Source: Patescibacteria group bacterium
Lineage (GTDB): Bacteria > Patescibacteriota > WWE3 > 0-14-0-20-40-13
Assembly: GCA_018896215.1 (NCBI GenBank)
Contig: JAHINB010000006.1
Coordinates: forward strand, 2,941-66,940
DNA length: 64,000 bases
Direction of reading: 5' to 3'
Each line of letters starts with the position of its first letter. Position 1 is the first letter of the stretch. This document shows, in pieces, positions 35,564 through 45,700 of the stretch. The notes below the pieces were generated by a model. It was not told where the DNA came from. It saw only the letters and a list, made by a program, of their open reading frames with translations, and made no database searches. The position numbers and the translations under genes are program-made.

Positions 35564-37095
35564 ACATTAAACCTTGGCACATTACAATTTTGCTATTTGT
35601 GATCTTGATTCCAGTTGCTTTATCTATCAACTTTATGCAAAACGATGAGTGGGTTCACTATTTAACAGTCAGCAATTTTCTTAGCAAGAACTTTACGCTG
35701 TATCCAATCATCGGATCGACCTTTTACACGCAGGGCCTGATGGCAACAATTTTTTCCAGAATATTTACTGTTAAATCATTACCCGTTTTGACCTTAATAG
35801 TATCCGTTGGAAACTTTTATATATTTTCTAGAATTATCTCACTTTATACAGCAAAAAGATCGGTGATAATACTATTATCACTTCTATTTTTTCTTAATCC
35901 TCTACACATTTACTCTACATTTGGTTTTATGACCGAAAACTATTTGGTTTTCTTTTGCCTACTTTCCTTATATTTCTTCTTAAAATTTAACCATAAAGAA
36001 AGAAAAAAAGATTTTCACCTAGCATTACTTTTTACTGTCTTAGCCTTTTTTGTCAAGCAAAATGCGATTTTGTTGGCTCTAAGTTTTGGGATATATCTTA
36101 TGGTCATTAAGAAATGGAAATATGCTCTGTCTTGCGTTTTTACCATTCTAATTCTGTTGGTTTTTTACCAATTTGTTTTTCCACAGACACAAACAATGCA
36201 AGAGATAAAAGGGATCCATTTAGACAATTTCTCCCATGCAACTAGCACTTACTCCATTATCTTTACCTCCCTAATTTACTTAATGGCATTTGTCGGGCCA
36301 CTCGCTTTAATACTAATATTAAGAAGCGTTAAATCGTTAAAACAGGGGGTTGTTTTAATCACAATATCGGTTGTTATAACCGTACTGCTTACTCATTTAC
36401 TTAATCTTAGCTTTACCGCGCGAGGCGAATTCCCTTATTTTCAAAACATTGCTGAAAGATCGGGATTTTACGCTAACAGTATTAACGGGTTAAAATACTC
36501 CTTTGCTGGAAATTTTGTTTTTTACCAAATATTAGACATCTTTAGCAAATTATCGGTGGGGTTTCTCGTAACTTATCTAATTTTTAATCCCAAAGGACTG
36601 ATTAACCCCTTGCTAATATTTATACTTATTAATGCTTTATCCTTAAACCTTAACCAAAGTTACCGAACAATTTACGATAGATACCTTTTACTAAGTTTTC
36701 CCATGTTGATTTGTTTTTTTGCATATAGTATTAAGTTACCTTTAAAACAATTTGAGAAGATACTAATTGGAGGATTTGTACTGTTTTTGCTTTTCCTTAA
36801 TTACCAATTTGTTGCCGATTTCATTCTTAATAACCGTTATGTCTGGGCAAGATCTAAAGAGTTGACAGAGAGCGGTGTTGCCCCAAATAAAATTAACCCT
36901 TCCCATGCTTGGAGAATGCTTTACCCAAACCCCAAAGATCCAAAAACTGATGAGCATGATTACACATACATTTTTAGTTATAATAAAGACGATGAGGATT
37001 TGCAAAATATGGGATATAAAACCAGTGAAACAAAAAAAATTTCTTATCCACTGTCATTTTTTATTGACCCCTACATTTACCTTTACGAAAGATGA
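35554..37095 (+). CDS. GT-C fold glycosyltransferase-like membrane protein
   Basis: NFMQNDEWVHY, NPL..FGFMTE, FVKQ, YDRYLL; multi-TM. Confidence 0.72.
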   Translation: MPVNIKPWHITILLFVILIPVALSINFMQNDEWVHYLTVSNFLSKNFTLYPIIGSTFYTQGLMATIFSRIFTVKSLPVLTLIVSVGNFYIFSRIISLYTAKRSVIILLSLLFFLNPLHIYSTFGFMTENYLVFFCLLSLYFFLKFNHKERKKDFHLALLFTVLAFFVKQNAILLALSFGIYLMVIKKWKYALSCVFTILILLVFYQFVFPQTQTMQEIKGIHLDNFSHATSTYSIIFTSLIYLMAFVGPLALILILRSVKSLKQGVVLITISVVITVLLTHLLNLSFTARGEFPYFQNIAERSGFYANSINGLKYSFAGNFVFYQILDIFSKLSVGFLVTYLIFNPKGLINPLLIFILINALSLNLNQSYRTIYDRYLLLSFPMLICFFAYSIKLPLKQFEKILIGGFVLFLLFLNYQFVADFILNNRYVWARSKELTESGVAPNKINPSHAWRMLYPNPKDPKTDEHDYTYIFSYNKDDEDLQNMGYKTSETKKISYPLSFFIDPYIYLYER

Positions 37096-38699
37096 AGAAT
37101 GTTAGAAATATAATCTTTTGGTCAGTGCTTACAATTTTAGCCCTAATTCCACGCATGTATTTTTTGGGAAGGGATTTTTATTCTATTGATTCCAATCGCT
37201 GGTTTAGAAGAGCCGTAAACTTTCAACATGCCTTCTTAAACGGAGATTTTGCAGGAACTTATCAAAAACAACATCCTGGGGTAACAACCATGTGGCTTGG
37301 AGGAACTGCCTACAGAGCCTTAACTGTAATCTATCCAAAACTAACAGGACATATTTTGGATGAAAATATTCCAAACGACTTTGTAACCATTAATTTTGTC
37401 GTTAAGCTTTCGCAAGTTTTAGCAACACTAACTCTTGTTTTTATAGCCTACAGATTAATAAAAAAGTGCTTTGACAGAAAAATTGCCTTGCTGTATTTAT
37501 TGTTAGTTTTGATAGATCCTTTTTTTCTTTTTTATACGCGACAATTTCATGTGGATGTACTTTTTTCTTCTTTCTCATTGATAGGAGTTCTCTATACATA
37601 TTTGTTTATAAATTCTAAATCCGAAATCCTAAATTCTAAATTTAGATACCTCCTTCTTTCGGCAGTGTTTTTTGGTTTGGCGTTTCTATCTAAATCTCCA
37701 GCAATTGTAATCGCCTTTGGATGTGGATTGGCTATTCTAATTAAAGGAATGTTCGTAGATAAAAAGGTAGGGCAAACTCTAAAATCCTGTGTGATATTTT
37801 CCTTGATACTTTTGGCAACCTACCTTATCGTCTTTCCTGCCAACTGGGTAAATCCAGTAGAGGTAACAAGGCAAATCATTCACGATTCCTTAGAGAACAC
37901 AGATAAAATAAGCTCGGTGTATATTATTAATCACGCCGATTCTAATTTTGGCGATAAATTCTATCTGTTAGTATTTCTCTTTAGATTTTCTCCATTTCTC
38001 GTCGCGGGAATCCTATTTTTAACCGTAAGATATTTCTCATCGTTTGTTATCAGAACAATACAAAAAGGGACGATCCCGACTATGTCGGGTTCGTCCCTAA
38101 TGAAGTTCCTACCTTTTTCCGGATATCTTATTTTACTTGCCTTGCTTTTTGAAGACAACAAACTCTACGAGCGCTACCTTCTCCCTTTTGTATTACCGTT
38201 AACATTGCTCGTTGCTTATAAAATTGCTCCCCGTATAAAAACCTCTCTTATTAAACCTGCTACCATTTTCTCCCTTGTAGTATTTTCTTTTTACCAAATC
38301 TTTGTTATTGCCCCAAACTTTATTGTCTATCCTACTCTTTTTGCTACACGAAACATACAAATGAAACTCTTTATAGAACTTGGAGGTTGCGAATCGATGC
38401 TTTACAATGTGGCATCGGATATTAATAACATTGAAGGGAATGATGACGACACCTACTCTATTGGCATTGGAGGAACTTACAAAGGTTGTTTAAAACCCTA
38501 CACAATCGGGGTTGTGGATGACATGGCAGAGTATGTAAGACGCAAAACGCCACTTAACGAATACCCAAAATATTTAGTTTTATTTAAAACTGACAATAGA
38601 TGGCTAGAAAGCCCCTACATTATGAGCGCTTACAATCTAATTAACACCTATTACATCTCCACTACACCAATTTACTACTTGTACCAAAAGAAAATCTAA
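37092..38699 (+). CDS. GT-C fold glycosyltransferase (HPGVT family)
   Basis: SIDSNRW..RA, QHPGVTTMWL, IDPFF..TRQFHVD, LSKSP, FRFSP, KLYERYLLP. Confidence 0.8.
   Translation: MKNVRNIIFWSVLTILALIPRMYFLGRDFYSIDSNRWFRRAVNFQHAFLNGDFAGTYQKQHPGVTTMWLGGTAYRALTVIYPKLTGHILDENIPNDFVTINFVVKLSQVLATLTLVFIAYRLIKKCFDRKIALLYLLLVLIDPFFLFYTRQFHVDVLFSSFSLIGVLYTYLFINSKSEILNSKFRYLLLSAVFFGLAFLSKSPAIVIAFGCGLAILIKGMFVDKKVGQTLKSCVIFSLILLATYLIVFPANWVNPVEVTRQIIHDSLENTDKISSVYIINHADSNFGDKFYLLVFLFRFSPFLVAGILFLTVRYFSSFVIRTIQKGTIPTMSGSSLMKFLPFSGYLILLALLFEDNKLYERYLLPFVLPLTLLVAYKIAPRIKTSLIKPATIFSLVVFSFYQIFVIAPNFIVYPTLFATRNIQMKLFIELGGCESMLYNVASDINNIEGNDDDTYSIGIGGTYKGCLKPYTIGVVDDMAEYVRRKTPLNEYPKYLVLFKTDNRWLESPYIMSAYNLINTYYISTTPIYYLYQKKI
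38066..38098. repeat. In-frame hairpin AGGGACGA-T-CCCGAC-TAT-GTCGGG-T-TCGTCCCT
   Basis: 14 of 15 stem positions pair; translated as KGTIPTMSGSSL in a loop of the GT-C protein. Confidence 0.8.
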
Positions 38700-38727
38700 A
38701 ACCTAAAAAGCAAAATGTCCCCAAAAT

Positions 38728-39972
38728 CTAGGTTAATAACCATTTCCAAACAGGCGTAAGACTAATTTCCTTGTCTCCAATTGTCTCCAACCCCTCTTGA
38801 TCGTAAGTTAATATCTGTAGATTATTACACGAAAGCTCCTTTCCAGCGGTAATTAAAGCTGAAATTTCCCTATCTTTTGTTTTTTTATCCGAAATATCGT
38901 AACAAACTTGAATTAGTTGTCTTTTGTTTAAATAAAAATCTACTTCCTTGTTATTATCAGTTTTATAAGAAAAAACTTCAAAATTTGGTCTAGCTCCACG
39001 CCTTAGTAGCTCCAAAAAAACCATGTTTTCTAAAAACTTTCCGTAATCGTAAGAAAATTGAAAAGCCTGGGCATCTGCCACACCAGTATCAATTAAATAT
39101 GCTTTTTTTGGTGATCTTATTTGCTCCTTAACTTTGTGAGAATACCTGTTTAATACACAAATTAAAAAAGCAGAAACAGAAAAATCAACATATTTTTTAG
39201 TAGTATGCAAACTAGAAATCCCCAAAGAAAATTGTAATTTTCTGTAGCTAAATTCCGAAGAAAAATTAGAAAATAGATAAAAAATCAAATCTCTAACTTC
39301 TTGTGGATTACGAACTTTGTACCTAGAAACGATATCGTTTAAGATAACAGAATCAATAAGAGAAGACAGATATACTTTGGGACTCAAATTCTGCATTACG
39401 AGTTCAGGAAAACCACCAGATTTTAGATAATCGTCAAAGTTATCTTTCAATAAAGGACTTAAACCCCCGCGGTCTATCTCTTTAGCCAAAAGAAATTCTT
39501 TAAAACTAAACGGCATAATTTTTATCTCGACAAATCTACCTGTTAAGTGAGTGGACAACTCTTGACTTAATAGGTTAGCGTTAGATCCCGTCAGAAATAT
39601 ATTGTATCCCCGTCTTTGTAGACCATTCACAAATAACTCCCAGTCGAGCAGGTTTTGTATTTCATCTAAAAATACAATCTTTGTATTTGGATAGACGCTA
39701 AACAAAGCTTCTTCTAACTTACTATGATTTTTACATCCCTTTATAATAGCGTTATCAAAATTGGCGTAGGCAAAAGATTTACCTTTAAGAAGCAACAAAC
39801 AAAAAGTCGATTTCCCCGATCTTCTTGGTCCGGTCACAACTTTAATTAAAGTTTTTTCGACAAGGTTTTTAGCATCGGCGGTTTTTTCTCTTTCTATAAT
39901 ACTTGTATTCAGAATAGAATTAATATCGTTTTTTTGCTTAAAAAGCTCGTTTTTGATCATTTTAATAGTCAT
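38728..39972 (-). CDS. AAA_14 / DUF4143 family ATP-binding protein
   Basis: Walker A GPRRSGKST, Walker B FLDEIQ, TGS, LTGR, GGFPE, SPKKAYLIDTG, LEN, EVDF..IQVC. Confidence 0.92.
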   Translation of the reverse strand: MTIKMIKNELFKQKNDINSILNTSIIEREKTADAKNLVEKTLIKVVTGPRRSGKSTFCLLLLKGKSFAYANFDNAIIKGCKNHSKLEEALFSVYPNTKIVFLDEIQNLLDWELFVNGLQRRGYNIFLTGSNANLLSQELSTHLTGRFVEIKIMPFSFKEFLLAKEIDRGGLSPLLKDNFDDYLKSGGFPELVMQNLSPKVYLSSLIDSVILNDIVSRYKVRNPQEVRDLIFYLFSNFSSEFSYRKLQFSLGISSLHTTKKYVDFSVSAFLICVLNRYSHKVKEQIRSPKKAYLIDTGVADAQAFQFSYDYGKFLENMVFLELLRRGARPNFEVFSYKTDNNKEVDFYLNKRQLIQVCYDISDKKTKDREISALITAGKELSCNNLQILTYDQEGLETIGDKEISLTPVWKWLLT

Positions 39973-40015
39973 AATGCACAAAAAACAGTTTTTTGTTCAA
40001 TAAATTACACTTTTT

Positions 40016-40044
40016 ATGTTAAACCAACTAGTTTTGGTTGTCAA
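40016..40044 (-). promoter_or_regulatory. Sigma70-type promoter of the ATPase gene, with palindromic spacer
   Basis: TTGACA-17 nt-TAACAT on the minus strand; AACCAA-N6-TTGGTT dyad in the spacer; second dyad ACAAAAAAC-A-GTTTTTTGT just downstream. Confidence 0.6.
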
Positions 40045-40047
40045 ATC

Positions 40048-40117
40048 TATACCCATCTTATGCTAGTTTTAAACCCGTAGGGTTGTTAAAGTGGCTTAGA
40101 TAGGTATATACTCGTAG
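40048..40117. repeat. 70-nt hairpin element, copy 2
   Basis: 62/70 identical to 1432-1501, same orientation. Confidence 0.9.
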
Positions 40118-40124
40118 CTCACCT

Positions 40125-41825
40125 TTAGCGAGCGGAGAGTGTAAAAAGCAAAATGTCCCCAAAATCTTTCTCCAAAGTAAGGTTTTCCCTAAAAAACTTC
40201 TCGGGGTCGGCGGACTTAACAAAGTTTGGGTCAGATTTAATCTCCTTTTGTAGATCAGTTTTGCTAAAAACAATATAAGAAACTCCATAGCTTCTTGCAT
40301 GTTCCAAACCCTCTTGCGTTGGAAGCCATTTGGTAAATTCCATTGAATCAAAACCATATTCGTCATTTTCATAATTCCTTGGGTTTATTAAGCCTTTTTG
40401 ATGCCTTGTAATCCAAAAGATATCATCGGAATTTTGTCTTGGGTAAGTAACGATTATTTCGGTACCCGTGTATTGACCAATTCTTCCTGTTTCTCCAACA
40501 AAATTAAAACTCACTTTTTTTGTATCTTGAGCAAGGTAGGTATAAACCTCTGGTGTTTTAGAAACATCTGTTATCGTTATTGGTATGTAAAACTCAAATA
40601 GCGTAAAAACAATGTATCCTATGATTATTAATCTTACTAAAAGAAGTTTTGTTTTAAAGTTTTTATATCTAGTTACAATTTCGCTAAGAAAAACACCATT
40701 TACAATGAGAACGCACATTAATATCACTATCCCCAATCTTTGTGTAACCCTGAACATAGGAAACAATTTGTACAAAATAAATCCCAAAGTATAAATTTTA
40801 TGCCCCGCAAAATCAAAATAAGGGGGAAAAGTAAATAAAAACACCAGAAATCCCGTTAGTCCAAAAATTAATGCTGTTTTAATTTTGTCATTTGTCATTT
40901 GACATTTGGATCTCTTTACAAAATAAGCTATTGAAAAAATAAAAACTAAAATGTTCCCCCATCCCAAAAACATCTCGGGACTTTCATTATTAAAATAATC
41001 ATCCGCCAAAAAATACCCCCAATCGCTCTTCATCCAATTTAAAACCGATTTCGTAACCCCTCCAAATACTGGATTTTGAATTGGAGGCAAAACTAAATAC
41101 CACGGTCTGCCACTAAAATTCTGGAAATCTTCCAAAGTTCTACTCACACCCCCATCAAAAGATGGTGTAATCCTATATGAAGATTTAAAATAGGTAAGAA
41201 GTGTTGGGATACAAATTAATAGAACCACTCCAAAAATCACTAAATATTTAACGAGCTCTAATTTGAACCAACCAAAGGTGAACTTTTTAAAAGTTAGTTT
41301 GATAGTAATATTAGCTAACAAAAAACTGCCCGCAAAAAGCAACAAAAAATAACCTAAATAATTACTCACAAATATTGCAAAAGCGATAAACACCCCTGTG
41401 ATAATTTGTTGTTTTAAAGTCTGGGATTTGAGAAGTAAAATAATACCAGCTGGAATCATCCAAACTTGCATTAACGCAGGATGCACCCCTAAATGAAGAT
41501 AAGTGTAGGGAGAAAAAGTAAATAGGATTGACAAAAGAAGGCTTACAAATATATTAACCTTTAGATATTTAAAAAGCAAAAAGCAAAAAATCAGAAGCAA
41601 TAAAACGCTAATTATAGAAAACAGATTAGAGAATAATATTGGATTAAATATCTGTGACCCCTCATTATAAATTAAAGAAAATATTGGCTGATTACTTTCC
41701 AAAAGATGTGTGGGGTTGTTATTAAAAGGGGCACCAATTAGTTTTTTATTAGAGAGCGCAATAAACCCACCCACCTGGTCACCTAACCCACCAATGATAT
41801 TACTTTTTAGAAATTCTATGATCAT
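40125..41825 (-). CDS. GT-C/YfhO-like multi-TM membrane glycosyltransferase
   Basis: GGLGD, FTFSPY..H, FLGW, LFPMFRVTQR, PEVYTYL, C-terminal extracytoplasmic domain; directly downstream of a GtrB-like GT2. Confidence 0.68.
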   Translation of the reverse strand: MIIEFLKSNIIGGLGDQVGGFIALSNKKLIGAPFNNNPTHLLESNQPIFSLIYNEGSQIFNPILFSNLFSIISVLLLLIFCFLLFKYLKVNIFVSLLLSILFTFSPYTYLHLGVHPALMQVWMIPAGIILLLKSQTLKQQIITGVFIAFAIFVSNYLGYFLLLFAGSFLLANITIKLTFKKFTFGWFKLELVKYLVIFGVVLLICIPTLLTYFKSSYRITPSFDGGVSRTLEDFQNFSGRPWYLVLPPIQNPVFGGVTKSVLNWMKSDWGYFLADDYFNNESPEMFLGWGNILVFIFSIAYFVKRSKCQMTNDKIKTALIFGLTGFLVFLFTFPPYFDFAGHKIYTLGFILYKLFPMFRVTQRLGIVILMCVLIVNGVFLSEIVTRYKNFKTKLLLVRLIIIGYIVFTLFEFYIPITITDVSKTPEVYTYLAQDTKKVSFNFVGETGRIGQYTGTEIIVTYPRQNSDDIFWITRHQKGLINPRNYENDEYGFDSMEFTKWLPTQEGLEHARSYGVSYIVFSKTDLQKEIKSDPNFVKSADPEKFFRENLTLEKDFGDILLFTLSAR

Positions 41826-42762
41826 TAATTATTTTTTGAACTACAGCGTATGGTCTATTCTTTACCTCTTCTAATATTCTTCTTAGATATTCTGCGACAA
41901 TGCTTACACACACAAGCTGGACACTGCCAACAAATAAAACCAAAATAGCAACCGGAGAGAAAAGCCTTGCTCCAGTGGGGGCAAAAATTGCAACTCCCAA
42001 ATATAACAAAACCGTAATTAGTGTCACAAAAATTCCTACTATCGCAGAATAAAAAATCCAATCAAAAGGAGCGTAAGAAAAAGTAAATACCTCCTTGCGT
42101 ACCCAATATAATTTTCTTGAAACGCCACTTGTCGCAACACCAGTACCCCAGAACCTTTCTGGTCTAACATAAGAGACACCTATTTGTCTAAAACCCGCCC
42201 AAGCCCTAAGACCTCGTACAAATCTATCCTTTTCTGGAAGAGAGTTAATAATATCAACAACCTTACGATCCATTAGTGAAAACTCTCCCACATCAACCGG
42301 CATTTTGACATAGCTTATTCTACTAAAAAATACATGGAAATTATGTTGCACTAACTCCCAAAACTTTCCCATACTTTTTTCTCTTTTGCTTCTATGTCCA
42401 TACACCACATCGTAACCTTCTTGCCATTTTTTAACAAAGTCAACAATAAGCTCTGGGGGATCCTGCAAATCACCATCCATTATTACTACTGCATCACCAA
42501 GAGCTTGCTCCATCCCTGTAGAAAACGCGCTTTGATTGCCAAAATTCCGGGAATGCGTAATTACAGTCACTCTTTTATCTTTTCCGGCAAGGCTTTCTAG
42601 AATCTCCTGTGATTTGTCAGGACTGGCATCATTTACATAGATTATTTCGTAGTCAGAAGTTACTTCTTGCATTACTTTGACCACTCTTTTGTAGAGTTCT
42701 TCTATATTCCCCTCGTCTTTGTACGATACAGGAACTATGGATATTTTTTTCTTGGTAAGCAT
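41800..42762 (-). CDS. GT2 bactoprenol glycosyltransferase (GtrB/YkoT-like)
   Basis: VNDASPD, SRNFGNQ, MDGDLQDPP, GEFSLMDRKVV, RFVRGLRAWAGF, two TM, EVKNRP. Confidence 0.92.
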   Translation of the reverse strand: MLTKKKISIVPVSYKDEGNIEELYKRVVKVMQEVTSDYEIIYVNDASPDKSQEILESLAGKDKRVTVITHSRNFGNQSAFSTGMEQALGDAVVIMDGDLQDPPELIVDFVKKWQEGYDVVYGHRSKREKSMGKFWELVQHNFHVFFSRISYVKMPVDVGEFSLMDRKVVDIINSLPEKDRFVRGLRAWAGFRQIGVSYVRPERFWGTGVATSGVSRKLYWVRKEVFTFSYAPFDWIFYSAIVGIFVTLITVLLYLGVAIFAPTGARLFSPVAILVLFVGSVQLVCVSIVAEYLRRILEEVKNRPYAVVQKIINDHRISKK

Positions 42763-45700
42763 ACTTTGTTAAAAACTAAGTACTCCTTTAGCTTTATTAC
42801 CCCACGGATTATCACATAAGTTAGAGAAGAAAAGAAAGTAGTAAGACAAATCCCAATAAGTAGGTCTATTTTCCTTTGCACTACATACTCAACAGTCAGC
42901 GTATAACTTGATGCATCACCAACATCCTCGGGTTCTATTTTCCACAAATTAGCATAACCATTGATTTTAAAATGACGAGTTGATGAGATTTCATTTCTAC
43001 CTTTAAAATATAGCTTCCAATTCTTATCAAACGATTCGTTAAAAACCAGGTTGTAGGAGTCTCCTGACTCATCAACTTGAACCCGATATTTTGTAGGGTT
43101 GATTTTTGTATAAGTGATATTAGGGGGTCTGGTTTTCTGTTGCTTCTCGTCACTGACTTTCTTTAAAACCACCGAGGGGCTTCCTGCCTTCGCAAACGAG
43201 ATATTCATAAAATCAACTTTTGACTTTAACTTATCGTTTATTAGAAACTCTTGTTTTAGAAATAGTAGGGAATTAGTATCTTTTTTTAACTCCATTTCGT
43301 TGTAATATGCTCCAGCCCCACTAAACTTTTCGGAAAATATTTTATACCCGCCATCTTGTTGCACACCAACAACAGCAAACCCTAAGATATCTTTAGAAAA
43401 ATTATAATCCAAAGATATACTGTAGCTACCACTGAGCTCTTTTGAGTCTACAAACTTATAATAAATATCACCCCCCTCTTCCAAAAAAAGAGTTTTGGCG
43501 AGATCGGCATAGTTATTCTCACCAATTAAATTGGATTTGTGCCATGGTTCGGTTCCCGCCAATATATTTTTCCCCCTTGGAATATCAAGAAAAAAAGAAT
43601 ATTCTTTACTATCCTCAAGTGATGTATTTCCAATGTTATACCACCCCTTAACAATATCTAAGGATGGCGTTAATTTAAATCCGGTGAGTCCGATTTTATC
43701 TCCTTTAATAAAAACATTGTAACTTCCTTTTTCTGGTACAGTGACCAAATAATGTCCCCGAGACAAATAATCCCGCTTACCGACTCCGTAAATTTGATTT
43801 GGAGAAAAAGATTCTTTTACAGAGGAAAAGTCTATGTCTTCCAAAAACAATCCTGTTGAACTTAATGCTCCTGTAAAACTTAGAAGCTCTGAAATGTCTT
43901 CTATCTCTCCATTTACATAGTAAATATTACCTATGGGATAAAATTTTTGAGAATCTTCCGTTCCATCTACTTGGTAAATCTCGAGGGCGGGTCTATTCAG
44001 AAGTTCCTTGTATAGCTCATTTTTTAGATTAACATTAGGATCGTCATTGACAATTGTCTCCAGATATTCCGGCGTAAATTTTCCAAATTCTGCCACTTTT
44101 ATAACATTTAACTTTTTTATCCAATCATCAAGTTGGCTCGGCGATAAAGTTAGTTCTCCAGAATATCTCCAATCTAAATCGTTTTCGCGAAGAATATACT
44201 TAACGCCCAAAAAGTTAAAATAATTTGAGTTTACATTACTATCACTATAAAAATTTCCAACTACTTTTTCGGAAGTGGATCCTGTATTTATTGGTCTTCC
44301 AAGAATTGTATTACCATTGCTTACAAAATTGACAGCGACATCATCAGCACTGGAAAAACCCTTAGGCCAATTCCAAGCCGACCCATAATAAGTTTTTGGA
44401 ACAGTAAGAATTCGTTCGTCTTTTAAATTCTTTTTTTGGAATTTGTAAAAGTCATCCCAATATTGAGGTACAGATACTCTAAAAGTTCGCATACTTCCAT
44501 TCCATTTATCCCAAACATGCTCACCTAAAATTGCTGGCTTACCAAAAATAAATACCAAAAATAAAAATAAAATGAAGATATTTGTTCTAAAATAGGGCTT
44601 AATCCAGTCTCTAATCCCCAACAACAATCTGTAAAAAAGAAGGGAGAATGCCAAAACATATAACTCACCAAACTTGGTAAAAGGCTCTCTAAAAACCTTA
44701 AAAGCAGAGATGTGATCGTATAAAAACCTGTACAAAATACCAAAGGGGGGTCTTGAACCACCAACCAAAAATAAACTAATCAAAAGAAACACCAACGCAA
44801 ACAATGCTGGTCTATCTTTTTTTAGCGCCAATACAACCCCATACCCCATCGTAAGAGCGACAACTAGGTAAGTAGCAATAACTACAAGAGGAGAATCGTA
44901 ATACTGGCTAAAGGGATAATAATTATAGAGATAGTGCCCCTCATACCAACCCCACTGACCAATAAATCTAAGATTTTGAAACAAGCTACCTTGATTTGTA
45001 AAGTCAGACCAATTACCATTAGAAAGTATCCCAACGCTGGAAAAATAGTATTGAACTTGCGCTACAATCCACCATAAATTACACAAGATCAAAACCATTG
45101 AATATAAAAACAGATTTAAGAGCTTAATTTTGCTCAGTCTATGAAGATTAAATATTAAATAGATGAGTTGGGGGATAAAAATCGTCATGGATAAAGCAGG
45201 ATTAGAATTTAATGAGGAAAAAATAACACTAGATAAAGCAATTATCGAAAGAGTCAAATAGTCTACTCTTTCACTTTTCAAAAGACGAACAAAGAGATAC
45301 AGGGAAAGGGGAAGATATGCCCCATCTAAAAGATAAAGATAAGAGAATGGATTTAGAGCTCCAAAAGGATTAAAAACAAGCAAAAGACACGCTGGAATAC
45401 AAGCAAAAAGCAAAAATCTTTTAAAAAGTGCTTTTGAAAGCAAAAAAAACCCAAAATATTTTAAAAAATACAGAGTAAAAATTAACAAACGCTCCGAAAT
45501 GTCTTGGGATAAAAAACACGTAAGCTTTGAATATAAGGGAATTCCAAACAAATTTGCTACATCGTAACCTGGTCCACCAAACGGAAGAGACTCCTTCCAA
45601 GAATAATTATTTGTGGTTTCTTTACAAAGTTGTAGGTACTGATAATTATCTCCACCCGCAAGTAGATGTCCATCACCAAATAACAATTGGATGTGAATAA

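Larger units (their letters stand above)
38704..40167. mobile_element. Putative 1.44-kb inserted cassette (ATPase gene plus hairpin) bounded by 26-bp direct repeats
   Basis: TAAAAAGCAAAATGTCCCCAAAATCT is identical at 38704-38729 and 40142-40167; no recombinase encoded. Confidence 0.65.

Noticed and set aside
40058-40372. 104-aa minus-strand ORF
   Set aside because: Alternative frame over the GT-C 3' end and the hairpin element; no motif support.
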